A DNA stretch of 64,000 nucleotides from Macrostomum lignano (Eukaryota), in assembly GCA_002269645.1 (NCBI GenBank), contig NIVC01000462.1, forward strand, positions 153,516-217,515, in the 5' to 3' direction. Below, one piece after another: positions 26,899 to 40,308 of the stretch; position 1 is the stretch's first letter; every line of letters starts with the position of its first letter. The translations under genes and the position numbers were made by a program. Below the pieces are notes generated by a model. It was not told where the DNA came from. It worked only from the letters and a program-made list of their open reading frames with translations, and ran no database searches.

Positions 26899-27200
26899 CT
26901 GTCAAATGGTGATCTCAAAGACGTAATTGATCCAGTTAGCGCCATTGCAGATGTCACTGCACGGGCTGCACATTCTCCCTCGTCGACCGCCTGAACACCA
27001 AAAAAGCAGAACCGATCTTACGAGCATGAAACCGCTACACCTCTGCAGTGTTATTTTCGTGCTCTTGACGAAGGCGGTCAACTGTGTACCGGCCAAACGC
27101 CATGACACATTCGAGTCCTTGCAGGTCTCGACCGCTGTTCTCCCTGCTGTCAGCGAGGCGTCCAGTGTAGCGACTTGTCGGAACTGAGGCGTGTATCGGA
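26899..27200 (-). pseudogene. Degenerate WSC exon-1 pseudogene
   Basis: RYTGRLADSRENSGRDLQGLE / AFVKSTKITLQRCS / FFGVQ, with frameshifts and an internal deletion right after GVQ. Ends INYVFEIT plus a donor-like GTAAAA. Confidence 0.7.
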
Positions 27201-27299
27201 AGCGAACGGCGCTTCAATCGAAGTAGAATTTTAAGAAACTGCCAGCTGTGCTACAGCGCCAGTAGATAGCCATTGTCTTTCAACATGTGGCATCTGAAG

Positions 27300-27950
27300 T
27301 CAAATGCAATAATTCTTGGCTTATCAAATGCAATAATCTTTGGCTTATCAAGTGCAATAATCCTTGGCTTATCAAGTGCAGTAATCCTTGGCTTATCAAG
27401 TGCAACAATCCTTGGCTTATCAAGTGCAGTAATCCTTGGCTTATCAAGTGCAACAATCCTTGGCTTATCAAGTGCAGTAATCCTTGGCTTATCAAGTGCA
27501 ACAATCCTTGGCTTATCAAGTGCAATTTAATCTTTGGCTTATCAAGTGCAATTTAATCCTTGGCTTATCAAGTGCAATAATCCTTGGCTTATCAGGTGAA
27601 ATAATCCTTGGCTTATCAAGTGCAATAATCCTTGGCTTATCAGGTGAAATAATCCTTGGCTTATCAAGTGCAACAATTCTTGGCTTATCAAGAGCAATAA
27701 ACATTGGCTTATCAAGAGCAATAAACATTGGCTTATCAAGAGCAATAAACATTGGCTTATCAAGCGCAATAAACATTGGCATATCAAGCACAGTAATCCT
27801 TGGCATATCATATCAAGTGCAATAATCTTTGGCTTATCAAGTGCAATAAACATTGGCTTATCAAGCACAGTAATCCTTGGCATATCATATCAAGTGCAAT
27901 AATCTTTGGCTTATCAAGTGCAATAGTCCTTGGCTTATCAAGTGCGATTC
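27300..27950. repeat. 24-bp minisatellite (about 25 degenerate copies)
   Basis: Unit aatccttggcttatcaagtgcaat. It explains the ILGLSSAI ORFs. Confidence 0.95.
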
Positions 27951-30070
27951 AAGTTATTCGATCAAATTCGAAGAAAACTGGTTGAGCCATTTTTTCACTA
28001 ATCGATCACATATCTTCCTACCTACCTAGTGATACCGACAGACCATTTTTAGTATATGGTGGAGGCATTCACTCTGTTTGGATGTCCGTCGCACTCTATA
28101 ATGAAATATCTACCAATTACGGAGCGCGTTCCAACAAAGTAGTAGAAGTTATTTAACCAACACTGCCAGCGACGCAGGCAGGGTGCAGACGTCACTAAAG
28201 TGATGATGCCTGTTTAGTAAATCATTTCAAGTGTTGTTTCTCGGTGCTCAGTGATCGGTGATTGCTTAATGAATCGATGGGTCTTCTACGTCGTATAGTT
28301 TTAAGCAGAGTGTATTGGCGGCTTGTACTTTCTTGTTGAATGCGCAACCGGTGGGACACCGGATGAACTACTTTTAGTACTAGAATCTTTTAATTTACAC
28401 TAATGTACCTGACTCATCTGGGAAGAATTTCGCATTCTGAGAAAAAAATTGAAGCTTTTCTATGATGCCTTGGTTTTTTTGGAAAAATCTGGGAGCACAT
28501 GTCTTGCAGCGCTGTTTTTCCAGCGACTGTTTCTGCGTTCCTGCTGGTGAAATCATCCGTGACGGCTTGAGCTTCTTCTCGGTTTTTTGCATACGCCTAA
28601 AAGAGCCTTCACAATGCCTCCAGTTTTTCTGTTCAGCAAGGAAACACTTACTCTACTGTCTACTCTGCAATGTGGATCGCGCCAAGGATACTCAGGAGAG
28701 GTGGTGTGGTGAGAATCACAATGGTAGTTGAGCCTCCGATGCTGACAAGCGCTCGCTTCCATCGACCGGCACCCAAACCTCTCTCTCTCCCTCTCGCTCT
28801 CGCTGGCTTCTTACATCTTCCTATTGATGTTGAGAAGTCTACGGATGTCTTGAAAAGCTACCCTAATAGACTGACAGAATATGCGCGTCGAGAAAAGAAA
28901 AAAACTCTTTAGCCAATTACCAAATAACCTTTCTTGTCAACTGAATAGCTAAAAAAAGCTGCAGGGATGCAAAAAGCTAGAAGGTGAAAACAGGTTTGCA
29001 TTTCCGTAAAAAACAATTCAGTGATATTTGATTCTTGCCTAAATTCAAGACGACCCTCTTTTTATCTATAACCAAAATTGTCAGATCAAGACAATGGCGG
29101 TTTATCACTAAGGCGTTTGGACAAAATGGCGGCCGGGACCGTTGGCCACATCGCTTCTGACATGTGTGCTGACTGGCTTAACCACGTGTTTGCCTACGAG
29201 CTAGCTATACGTCTCGCCTTAGTGGTCACGCAGTCGAAGGTTGAGAACATGCAGGCTTAAGTGAACTGATTTCGTTTTTTGTTGCAAGCGCCACCATTTT
29301 GGGAAGCTAATTGTTAATTGTTATTGTCAAAATGAGCTTCGCAAAAAGCCACGTTTTACGCAATTGAAAGCGACTCTGTTTTCTTTAAACTTCGAATCAG
29401 ATCGCAGTCGCCACTAAAAAGCGGTTTTCGCCATAGACTGACGGAGTACATTTTCTTAATTCTGAAAACTTAGCCTATAAAAAAATATTTTGTTTCAACA
29501 GAATTGCCGCACGAAACGAACCGCATTCTACATGATTGTCTAGAAACTGATCTTTTAGTTCCAATAGAACAATAGAACATGGTCTAGTCATGAATAGACG
29601 GTCAACTAATAACGCGAAAAATTTTGAAGTTTTACCCCCAGGCAACAGTTCTAACAAAAGAAAATAAAAATCATATATAAAGACGCGTTAAATTTTGGAT
29701 TTGCAGTCAAAATTTTATTAGCTTTAAAAATAACAAGACTTAAACCATAGCCCAAATCTCGCATATTCTTTCTGTTAGGGAAATCTGCAAAATAGAAAAC
29801 TGAGGACGCTACACCGAAATTATTCTCGATAGCCAGAGCAAAAATTAAAAAAGTAATTTTTTTAGGTTACCCAGAATTCAGATTTCCTTCTCAATATTCA
29901 AAACAAAACTATCGGGTCAACACCAAACTTTATTCAGGACCGGTAGAAGAGAAACAAAATTTTAGATTTAGTAGCAATGCTCTTAGAGGGTTCAATGTGT
30001 CGCTTTCGATAACGCTTGTTGTAGTTCGCCTCCGTATACATTTGTCTCTAACTCCTTGACCCACTCAGCC

Positions 30071-30910
30071 TCACAGCTTCATCCAGACCCACTCAGTCTC
30101 GCTGGCCACCTCAGCGGGCACAGCGGCGAACCTCAGCAGGCGGCACATGCGGCTCGAAGGCACGAAGGCGCAGCCCTGACAGTCCGGGCTTCGCTGGCAT
30201 GCGGCAGCGCACTGGACGGCGCTCTTGACAGAAATGCTGCGGTGAGTGACTGAGCTCGCGGAGGCTGTGATGTTCGGCAGAGACGTCACGGGAAGTTTCG
30301 GCATCATTGGATCGACTGCAGAAAGGTTGGTTATAAAAAATTGATTTGAAATAGAATATTTATAATTTTAATCGCTCAAATAACTAATTTAAAGTACGAA
30401 TGAAGAACGCGGCGTTTTAAGGTCGTACTGGGCTAAATTAACCTGTGTTTTAACGATCTGCGTTAATCCGGAACGCTTACTTGGTGAGTAAGTCAGTTCG
30501 TAGATAGAGTTTATCGAGTCTCCACCGCAAATCTGAGACGAGTTTCCGCTGCAAGCAAAGCTGCAGCCGTCAGCCGGTGCGATGCCGTGCGATCCGTAGG
30601 CCGAGCCGCAGCAGCAGAAGTCTTTAGACTGAACCCCAAAGTAGCGAAATCGGCCGTAAGAGCACATCTGGCTGCACAGTTCCAAGGTCATCTTGGCGTC
30701 ATCGTATACAAATCCTGGGATACCAGGGTGAGTCTCAAACTGTCCGAACTTTTTGACACCCTCCAGTCCTGCAAGATCTCGGTTGCCACTACCGCCATCC
30801 ACGTAGCAGCCGCGGTGGCGAAACTCCAACGGTTGAGGCGGCACGGAAGCAGCGGTGCAGCGTCCGGAACCGGCTGCCCAGCAGAGCAGCAAAGCGCAGA
30901 GTTTCAGCAT
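30071..30910 (-). CDS. Secreted WSC + PAN/Apple-like protein, copy 5 (subfamily A), 224 aa
   Basis: Exon 1 30910-30481, exon 2 30315-30071. Canonical GT/AG, phase 1, intact frame. Confidence 0.88.
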
Positions 30911-30984
30911 TGGGAAAAACGTCCAGAGAGTGGCCGAACCGCAGTTTCTGAGACGCTTCTTCTGGTTCAGGTAAGAAATTCAAG

Positions 30985-31047
30985 CAATATATTTGCTGGA
31001 AGAAGCCAATGAGGAATCGCCCGCCAATCCTGTTCAAGGATTGGCTG
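30985..31047 (-). promoter_or_regulatory. Candidate promoter module (TATA-like AAATATA plus CCAAT boxes in both orientations)
   Basis: tatattt at 30988, gccaat at 31005 and 31023, attggc at 31040, lying 78-135 bp upstream of the ATG. The same module recurs upstream of subfamily A copies at 16.6, 17.9, 34.5 and 41.25 kb. Confidence 0.45.
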
Positions 31048-32489
31048 AGGTTTCACGTTGATGTGCGTGAGAGATGGCCTACTGATGAGTAGCAAGAAGA
31101 GAATATCAGGAAAATCTCTGACACTGTGTTCAAAGAGCATTTTTGCACTGGGAGTTAAATTGAGCTGTGAATGAATATGAATAGAAAGACTGGTTTTCTA
31201 AGAATAATTCTAATTAGCTGAAACAACGAAAGAGAGTGAGCTGCGTGTTTAGAACTATTGGAGCAGAGGATAACTGCACGTTTAATTGAGCAGAAATAAA
31301 ATTCGAACTCGTTGCTGGCAAAGACCAAAAAGTTACCACCAGACGTAAAATGGACTATATTTATTGAAACATTTGTTTCCAAACTCTTCATCTACGGCTC
31401 GTAGATCCGTTCAGCCTCAAAGCCTAATCCAGACCCACTCTTGAAACAAACACTCGGATATGTCCTTAACCAAGAAATGGGATTTTTTGTTCTACATCAA
31501 AGGAAGCAACCGAAGTTAAATATCGGGGAAATGCCTGTTGCGCTGAAGTAGATATTTATCTACAGTCGTTTTCGCATACTGCCTGCATTTACCCAGCCGC
31601 GAAATTCACAGAGCCTCTTGGCTCGAAATAAGCTTAAAACTCAGCGAGGAAGCCACTGAATCGTTCCAATCCATGCGCTTCTTGTTCATTTTACCCATTG
31701 ATCCGCAATATTGACGTTCACTGTCGTTTCTCGTCTTTCTCTCTCGAACTTCTTCCCTCTGCTCATTGATCTTGAGAAGCCTAACAGATGTCTTCAAAAG
31801 CTACTCTGTTGTATCAGCAGAAAATTCGGTGCTGAGAAAACAAAAAAACTGTTGAGCTTATCTCCAAATAAGCGTTATGTCAACGAAATCGATAAAACAA
31901 ATTGCAAGGATACAAAAAGCTTAGAGAAGGTAGAAACAGGTGTGCATTTCCGTGAAAAGCCTCCTAAGGAAGAATTACAAAGGGATGAGGAAATTACAAG
32001 AAAACTCTCTTAGTATGGGCGAAATTGTCTGATGTGGAAAAGGTTTTCCGACAGTCTATGGCCGAAACCGCTTTTCATATTGAACTTCAAAAGAAACAGG
32101 ATCGTTAGAATATTTAGCCACTCCGATCCAACAGGCTAGTTCACTCAGAATTTGACAGAAGTCCCACAGAAATCGTCAGGAGTGTACAGGAAGCAGTGAG
32201 GCGGATTAGATGAGCCCTGACACTGAAATTATAAGAGAACATGGAATCGAGGAAGAGGCTGGTGGTGAAGAGGAGGCAGCTGGTAGGGACACCTCTTCAT
32301 CATTATTAGACAGTCAATCAACAAGTATACAAAAAGCCGGAAATTTTACCTTAAAAAACAGGCCCTCTGTCGGGAATATTGATTGTGATTTTACGAGTTC
32401 AATAAAAGTTTAACTACTTATCTAACAGCCAAAAGCCAACCATCAATAAAACTGACAAGTTTTGTGAGTTTAGCCTCATTTTAATGCAT

Positions 32490-32813
32490 GCAAGACCCGT
32501 ACGCAGATCCGCAGCAGCAACACAGGGCTGTTTAGACACCAAAGTAGCCGAACCGACCGTATGAGAAGATCGGGCTGCACTTCTGCAGTGTCATTTTCCT
32601 ACTCTTGACGAAGGCGCTGTACTTGCGGTCAACTGTGTACCGGTCAAACGCCGTTATGCCTTCCAGTCCTTGAAAGTCTCGATCGCAGTTCTCTCTGCCG
32701 TCAGTAAAGCATCCGATGTAGCGAACCTATCGGAACTGAGGCGGCTCAAAAGCCAGCAGCACCCATACAGACAAGAAGGCAACTAAAATTATAAGCGCTT
32801 GCATTGCTTTCAT
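32490..32813 (-). pseudogene. WSC exon-1 pseudogene with signal peptide
   Basis: MKAMQALIILVAFLSVWVLLA..FR*VRYIGCFTDG..MTLQKCS..FGV*..CCCCGSAYGS. Two in-frame stops, and truncated after GSAYGS. Confidence 0.8.
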
Positions 32814-33556
32814 GTGTGTTTCCACTTCTTCATACCAATCAGGTGTCAAAGTCTTTATACTGACAGCCAGACAATTGGCTTGGCAGCTTTTCAAAAAAAG
32901 GATTTTCAGATACTTCAAGTCTATACATTGAGAAGAAGTAGGTTTTTTTTCTTCGTGGGAGCAACCGAAGTTGAATATGTGGGAACTAGCTCGTAGCTAC
33001 CAGCTGTGCTGTGCACCTGGCATCTGGAGTTGAATAGCTGAATCCAAAGCTATCTTCTTTCTGTAGGAAATTCTCAGTTTTTTAGCGCTGAATTGTCAAT
33101 ATCTCAGCTTCAAGACTTACTATAGTTGCAAATGAGGCAATTATGTGTTTTGTTTAAGTTCCGCTCACAGGTTCATCAAGCTAAGTAGTTTTTCATGAAA
33201 TGCAGCAGCAATGTTTGCTGTTGTCCCATGATTTCGCGGGCCGCAAGGCAAACGGAATGGTCAATGTGTGCCAGCGCTTTTGAACGCGAGCAGGATTGCA
33301 TTCCGACAACAAGTCTAGAGAAAAGATAGCTTACTTGTTCGACATCAAAGAAAGAAACCGAAGATAAATGAAACATTTTCTGTAAATTTGCAGTTTATTA
33401 TAGATAGCTTTATAGATATTGGAATATGACATAGACAGTAGCCAAAATCTGATTCTCGTGTATTTTTTCAGTTCATCACAATTGTTACTCAGAATTGTTA
33501 TCAGTGTTTGCCATTAGATCAAACAGACTCGCAGTTTCATCCAGAACCACTCAGTC

Positions 33557-34391
33557 TCACTGCTTCATCCAGACCCACTCAGCCTCGCTGGCCACATCAG
33601 CGGGCACAGCGGCGAATCTCAGCAGGCGGCACATGCGGCTCGAAGGCACGAAGGCGCAGCCCTGACAGTCCGGGCTGCCGTAGCAGATGATGGCGCATTC
33701 AACAGCACTTCTGGCTGCGATGCTGCGGTGAGTGATGGAGCTCGCGGAGGCTGTGATGTTCGGCAGAGACGTCACGGGCAGTTTCGGCATCACCGGATCG
33801 ACTGCAGAAGGGTTGGTAGAAAATATTATTGTCTTAAATATCACTTATAAATATAGTAAAATAAATTCAAATGACGACTTTGGAACACAGAGCGTTTTTA
33901 GTCGTCTTTTGCTAAATTAGGCTGTGTTTACGCTTTACGTGCTGCGTTAATCCGGAACGCTTACTTGGTGAGTAAGTCAGTTCATAGATAGAATTTCTTG
34001 AAGCTCCACCGCAAATCTGAGACGAGTTTCCGCCGCAAGCTGAGCTGCAGTTGCCAGCCGGTGCGATGCCGTGCGATCCGTAGGCCGAGCCGCAGCAGCA
34101 GAAGCTGTGGAGCTGAACTCCAAAGTAGCGAAATCGGCCGTAAGAGCACATCTGGCTGCACAGTTGCAGTGTCAGCTTGGCGCCATAAACAAACGCTGAG
34201 TGAACAGAGTGAGTCTCAAACTGTCCGAACTTTGAGACTCCCTCCAGTCCTACAAGATCTCGGTTGCCATCAGCGCCATCCACGTAGCAGCCGAGGTGGC
34301 GAAACCCCAACGGTTGAGGCGACACCGAAGCAGCGCCGAAGCGTCCGGAACCGGCCGCCCAGCAGAGCAGCAAAGCGCAGAGTTTCAGCAT
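33557..34391 (-). CDS. Secreted WSC + PAN/Apple-like protein, copy 6 (subfamily A), 223 aa
   Basis: Exon 1 34391-33965, exon 2 33801-33557. Canonical sites, phase 1. Confidence 0.88.
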
Positions 34392-34712
34392 TGGGAAAAA
34401 TCTAGAGAGTGACCGAACTGCAGCTTCTGAGACGCTTCTTCTGGTTCAGGTAAGAAATTCAAGCAATATATTTGCTGGAAGAAGCCAATGAAAGAATCGG
34501 CCACAAAAGCTGTGCAAGGATTGGCTGAGGTATCACCTTGATGTGCACGAGAGATCGCCTACTGATGAGTAGCAAGAGAGTAAGCTGTTCTTGGAGTTAA
34601 AACTTTGAATAAATAAGTCAGGAAAGAGTTTTTTTAGATAAATTCTAACCGACTGTAACAATGAAAGAGAATACACTACACGAGTCGAATAATTAGAATA
34701 TAAACACCAGAA

Positions 34713-37700
34713 TGACTTACTTACTTGACTTAGCTGAAAAGGGGCTCCGTGCATCTTAATGCAGCGAGGCGTCGTTGCCGCTGGCGACCACAGGCAGCTG
34801 CATGGTGCTGCGGTGTCGCGCAGGGAGATGCGGTGGGGCCGGTGTCCGCAGCGCGGTCCTCCTTCGGAGAGTCCCGGAGGTGGATGGTAGCTCGCCCGGT
34901 AGCATTAGGACGAGCTGGCAGAGATTCTCGGGCCTGGAACCGTCGGAGATGTCCGGGTTTGGGCCGAGGTAGGTGAGCCTGTCCTGTGCAAAGGCGGGGC
35001 ATTCACAGATGAATTGCTCCGCATTCTCGACACTGAAGAGGCCGAATGGGCATTCCTCGCTACGGATTTTTCCATGGAGGTAACGATGCCTGGCAAAACA
35101 CCCATGACCTGATAGAGCCATGGTCACCGCCGTGATGTCCCTGCACGCGGTTGAGTCCAAGCAGGACCCTGCGCAGGGCGGAGGAAGGACTTTGGACAGC
35201 CGCGCGGGATTGCCGGCATTCGGGGGCGTTAGCCCACCTCTCCCTGTGCTTAGAAGCCACCACTGGTTGATCCGAGTCGTGACAACGGCGATGGGGGTGG
35301 GGGCCACGGGCAGGGGACCAGTAAAAGAACCGGTCGAGTCAGCCTTGGCCAGGCGATCGGTGAACTCGTTGCCGGGGTGGCCTCAGTTCCCGGGATCCAC
35401 CTTAGGAACACCTTGTTGGAGGCGCTTAAGCGGTTAAGCTGCCCGATGCAGTCAAGGACTGTACGCGAGCAGGTGGTGGTGCGCTCAAGGGCGTGGATCG
35501 CCGCTTGACTGCCGAGTGGAAGGTAATCTCCTTCCCCCAGACGCGCTGATTATACAGCTCCATGGCGCAGAAGCTGATGGCGAGAATTTCGTTCTGGAAA
35601 TCGGTGGAGCAGGCGCCGGTGTGCTGGGAGATGGTCGACACGGTTCTCCTTCCAAACACGATTCAGTAGTCGTAGTCAGAGGCGGAGTTGATTTGGGACC
35701 CGTCAGTGAAGCTCCTTCCAGACACGATGCAGTAGTCGTAGTCAGAGGCGGAGTTGATTTGGGACCCGTCAGTGAAGCTCCTTCCAGACACGATGCAGTA
35801 GTCGTAGTCAGAGGCGGAGTTGATTTGGGACCCGTCAGTGAGCAATAGATTTCTCGGGGTTTCCAGTTGTTCCTAGTGGAATGCTGGTTTTGAATTTGCG
35901 TGGATCGGATTCCGTCCGAGAGGGTCAACAGGCTTCTCGCTGCTTCCAGGTCTCGCAGTCTGAGGTCGACGTGCGGCCGAAAGTTCCGCTTTTTGAAGAC
36001 AAACTGCTTCTGGATTTGGACACCCGCGTCAAGCAGACTGCTGGTGGTTTTCATTGCCTCCCCTCTGACAAATAGGTCAAGTGGGGAATGTCCAGGAAGG
36101 AGTTCATGAAAGCAAAGGGTATAGAGGCGCTCATGATAGCTAGACAAGTGCGGCCATGCACCCTGTTAAGAGCATCGAGAACCCCTTTCACCTCTACGGC
36201 GCTGTTCCATATGAAGCCGGCGAAGGAGATGGCATCGTAAATTCACCAGAGGCCTCGGGTAGCGCCGAAAGCTCTGCGTATCTTTCGGAAGCTCTCGAAA
36301 GCTTTGCGGGCTTTAAATTGGACACCTCTTCAACCAAACCAAACCTGGTCGAGGGGGACGCCCAGACATCTGGTTTGTTTCTCCATGGCAACGGGGTTGC
36401 CATAGAGGGAGAGCGGTTCTATCCTCCAGTTTCGGCGGCTGGTGAACATGCTAGCCACAGTTTTAGACTCAAGGAACCTGAGGCCGCAGCTGTGTGCCAG
36501 CGCTCGGCACTATGGATGACGGCTTGGAGGAGGTCTCTGAGGACCGTGGGTAATGGTCCAGCGACAGTGGCAGTAACATCGTCCGCATAGCCGACCTTCT
36601 GAACTGGGTCCGGATGCGGGCTACAAAGCAGCTCGTTCATGACCAAGTTACAGAGAATCGGGTTGAGGACTCCATCTTGCGGTCTGCCTTTCTGGACCTC
36701 CACAGACCGGGAGTGTCCCGAAGGTGCGAGGTGGTATTACGATGGGAGACCATGTACATGATCCAGCGGGTAAGGTGCTCGTGCGTGCCCCGGGATTCCA
36801 GGGTCCGCCTAAAGGCTTCAAAGAGCACATTATTGAAAGCACCATCGATGTCGAGGAAAAGCGACAGCGTGTATCCACTGCCAAGCACGGCGCGTTTCAA
36901 CTTGTCGACAATGGCGTGCAGCACACCTTCGATGGAGTGTCCAGGACGAAAGCCGTATTGATTAGGGGAGAGCGGAGAGTTCCTCATCTCAACGAGGAGG
37001 AGACGCCAGAGCACCAGCTGTTTCATCAGTTTGAGGAAGAAAGACTGATGGGGCGGTAAGCTTTGGCAGAATGATAGTCTCCCTTCCCTGGTTTGAGTAT
37101 GAATACTATGGTTGCCTCTTGCCAGGCTTTTGGCACGTCCCCGAGGGTAATGCTGGCCTTGAAGAGGTTGCAGAGGAGACCAAGAAACATGTCATTTTTA
37201 ACTGCCTCATGAAGGAAGGCAGGATAAATGTTGTCAGGTCCCGGTGACTTGAAAGGAGAGAATAGGATTTTGCGACGCGAGCCGTCGTCTCTCTAGTAAT
37301 GATGGTCGAAGCCAGGATCTGTCCACCCGGAGAGTGGTCCGGGGGGACCTAGCTGCTGCGCGGCACGTGGGAAAGAGCCTAGCCTGTGAGCATGATTTCC
37401 AGGGATTCCTCGGGGTTCTCCGCGAGCCGGCCATTGGGTCTTTTAATGAATAAGAGCTTTGACTTTTTGTCGAGGTTGAGAGCCTTGATCACGCGCGAAG
37501 TAGGGCGGGTGCCTTCAAACTCGGCGCAGTATTGGCACCACTAGTCGATCGGACTTGGATTTCCTGGTTTCACGCTTAAAGTCACAAATCGCGTCTTGAT
37601 AAGCGCCCAGCTCAGCTGGGTCCTTGCTCTTGCCAGCTTTCCGTTGGAGGCACTTTGCCTTGCGCCGTAGTTGATGGGCAGATCAGCGAACACTCTGACT

Positions 37701-37865
37701 GCGTCCTGGCTCCAACTGAGGGAGCACCAGTCCCAACTGACATGGACCATTTTCGAAGCACCGCTGCCCCACCTCTTCCACATGCATCAGACTCGATTGC
37801 AACATGGTTCTTGAAGACGGGCCAGAGCTCCACCCAACAGGCCGACTCCAGCGTCACAATCCACT
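34713..37865 (-). mobile_element. 5'-truncated, frameshifted LINE (reverse transcriptase + RNase H + zinc knuckle)
   Basis: SPFKSPGPDNI, YRPISL, QYGFRPG, FLDIDGAFNN, KGRPQDGVL, GYADD (RT). FTDGS and EILAI (RNase H). HGCFARH..CPF..C. Tail ctaagtcaagtaagtaagtca. Confidence 0.92.
35648..35842 (-). repeat. 66-bp tandem triplication inside the LINE RNase H
   Basis: cagtagtcg recurs at 35664, 35730 and 35796. Encodes FTDGSQINSASDYDYCIVSGRS. Confidence 0.95.
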
Positions 37866-38684
37866 AGCTGAGTTGCTCCCAGAGCTGTAAGCTGACTTTA
37901 ATTCGCTAAGTTTGCTGATTCTGGTTTTGCTCATTTTTGCGCATTCAAATATTTACTCTCATGCTCCCATCTGAATACCTGCATTATATCTATTGATTGT
38001 AATACATAAAACACTTTTTATTACACTAAAGGTGCTGTCGGATAGACTAAAAGGTTAAAGCCTCTGGGACGAGATAGCGATACAACAGGTTATTATACAC
38101 ATAGACACATCGATTTTACTGGAAGAATTCATACTTGTAAGGCAAATATTAAATTAATCAAACGCTAAATTTTAGACTGAAGAAAAGCTCAGAGGCTTGA
38201 AACCGATCGTCAGTTTCAGAACTCAAATACGCCGTGACCTCTCATCTTTCTCTTTGCGCTTCTTGCCTTTGCTCCTTGATCTTGAGCAGCCGAACAGATG
38301 TCTTGAAAAGCTACCCTGTTAGACTAACAGAATATGAGGTGCCGAGAACACCAAGAACTATTCAGCTTATCTCCAAGTAAGCTTTCTTGTCAAAAAAAAT
38401 GACAAAATCATTATTTGCAGGGATGCAAAAAGCTAGGATAAGGTAGGAACGTGTGTGTATTTCCGTGAAAAAATCTCCTAAGGAAAAATTACAAGGGAAG
38501 GAGAGAAAAAAAAATTTATTGGCTTTTAATGAGAATATTCACTTGTGATTTCAAAGCAAATCAAAGGTATGAATTAAGGAGAATCCACTCCGACTGGATG
38601 TTACTGAGAGGTCTGCAACCACTACAATTATAACTATGAATGGATAGTCTGCATGGATATATCAATATTACCCATAGTACAGGC

Positions 38685-39060
38685 CACGGGTTGGCAAACT
38701 TTTTACCTCCTGGACCAGATAAAGAATTCAGTCCTTGGCCGCGGGCCAGATAAGAGTGGAAAGGAGAAGGAACAGAATACAAGAGCTAAGAGAAGATTGG
38801 AGGCAAGAGGTGGGTTGAGAGTAGAGAGGGTAGAAGGTGAAGAGTAGAGGGGGGAGGGGAGAGAAGGGAGAGGAGGAGGTAGGAGATAAAAAGGGGAGAG
38901 AAGAGAGAGCAGAGGAGAGGGTAGCGAGGGGAGAGAGTAGAGATAGAGGAGAAGGGAGATAGAGGAGATGAGAGGGGAGAGAGAAGAGGGGAGAGAGAGG
39001 GGAGAGAAGGGAAAAGAAGAGAGTTAAAAGGAAAGCTTAACCGGGCCGGATTGAGAGACT
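38685..39060. mobile_element. hAT-like GA-rich MITE, partial copy
   Basis: Starts cacgggttggcaaactttt (reverse complement of the 14.3 kb right end). GA tract 38.79-39.03 kb. Confidence 0.5.
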
Positions 39061-40308
39061 CAATTGTAGAAATCAAGCTACAAGAACTTTTAACTGAGAC
39101 AATCCTGTGGAATCCAACAGGCTTTTCAACACAGAATTTTGCATAAAATTCCCAAATATCGTCAGAAGTGTGCATGAGGCGTTGAGGCGGATTGGGTGAG
39201 CCTTGACGCTGAAATTATCGGAGAACATGGAATTAATGAAGAGGCTGGTGGTGAACAGGCTGCAGCTGGCAGGACACTTCTTCATCATTGAAATAATCAG
39301 TTCGCACAATGACGCCAAAGACGGTCCTGTGAAAAATCTGACTCAATAGAGAACTCGCAGCAAATCAGCGCAAAACGTTTTGGACGAAATATCGGACAGG
39401 ACCGTTGGCCACACATCTTCTGGCAAGCGTGCTGAGTAGCTTAACCGCGTGTTTGCCTAAACTATTTTTTTGCAAGCACCGTCTGCAATGCAACCAAGGA
39501 CTACTCAAGTATCATATATATAGGACGCAACACTCGAAATCTATGGTAAATGTTTTGAAAGCAACTTTTTGCCGAAAAATACACTACAGAGATAGGAGGT
39601 TTAAATTTTTTCAGCACAAAATTGTTATTGCTTTTGATAGGAGGCAGATCCAGTGTTCATGCTTTGATATCTTGTGCCTTTCTTTTTGCTCTATCGATAT
39701 TCATAAAGCTTTTCGTTCAGAAATAGTTTTAAAGGCAGGTTTCACCGAAAAAATACACTACGGAGATATGAAATTTCACGATTTTCAACACTAAAACAGT
39801 GATTGGGTCTCTTAACAATGTCAGAGAAAGCTTTCCTTGAATGCAACCACTAGTCAGCTAACAAATATTGTCAATTACAATACCAGTCAGGACCGATTTT
39901 CCAAAAATACATGTTCAACGCAATTAAATGAAACTATTCTTTTTCCTTTGAAGTTTTATCAGTGCACAGTCGCCACTAATAAGCGGTTTTAGCTGTCTAG
40001 ACAACTGACAGGCAATAAAAGAATTCGTGTCAAAAGGCACGTCTTAAAACTTTTGATTTGCATTCGTTACTATAGATAGATTTATAAATATTAAGATATA
40101 AACCATAGCCAAAATATGGCTCTCTTGTATTTTAAAAAGTTTCTCACGATTATTACTAAGAATTTTTATCAATGTTTGATATTACACCGAACAGATTCGA
40201 AGCTTCATCCAGACCTACTCAGCCTCACAGCTTCATCCAGACCTACTCAGCTTCAAAGCTTCATGCAGACCCACTCAGCCTCACAGCTTCATCCAGAACC
40301 ACTCAGTC

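Noticed and set aside
27273-27985. ILGLSSAI / LISQGLLH repeat ORFs
   Set aside because: The 24-bp minisatellite is open in several frames on both strands, with no start or splice context.
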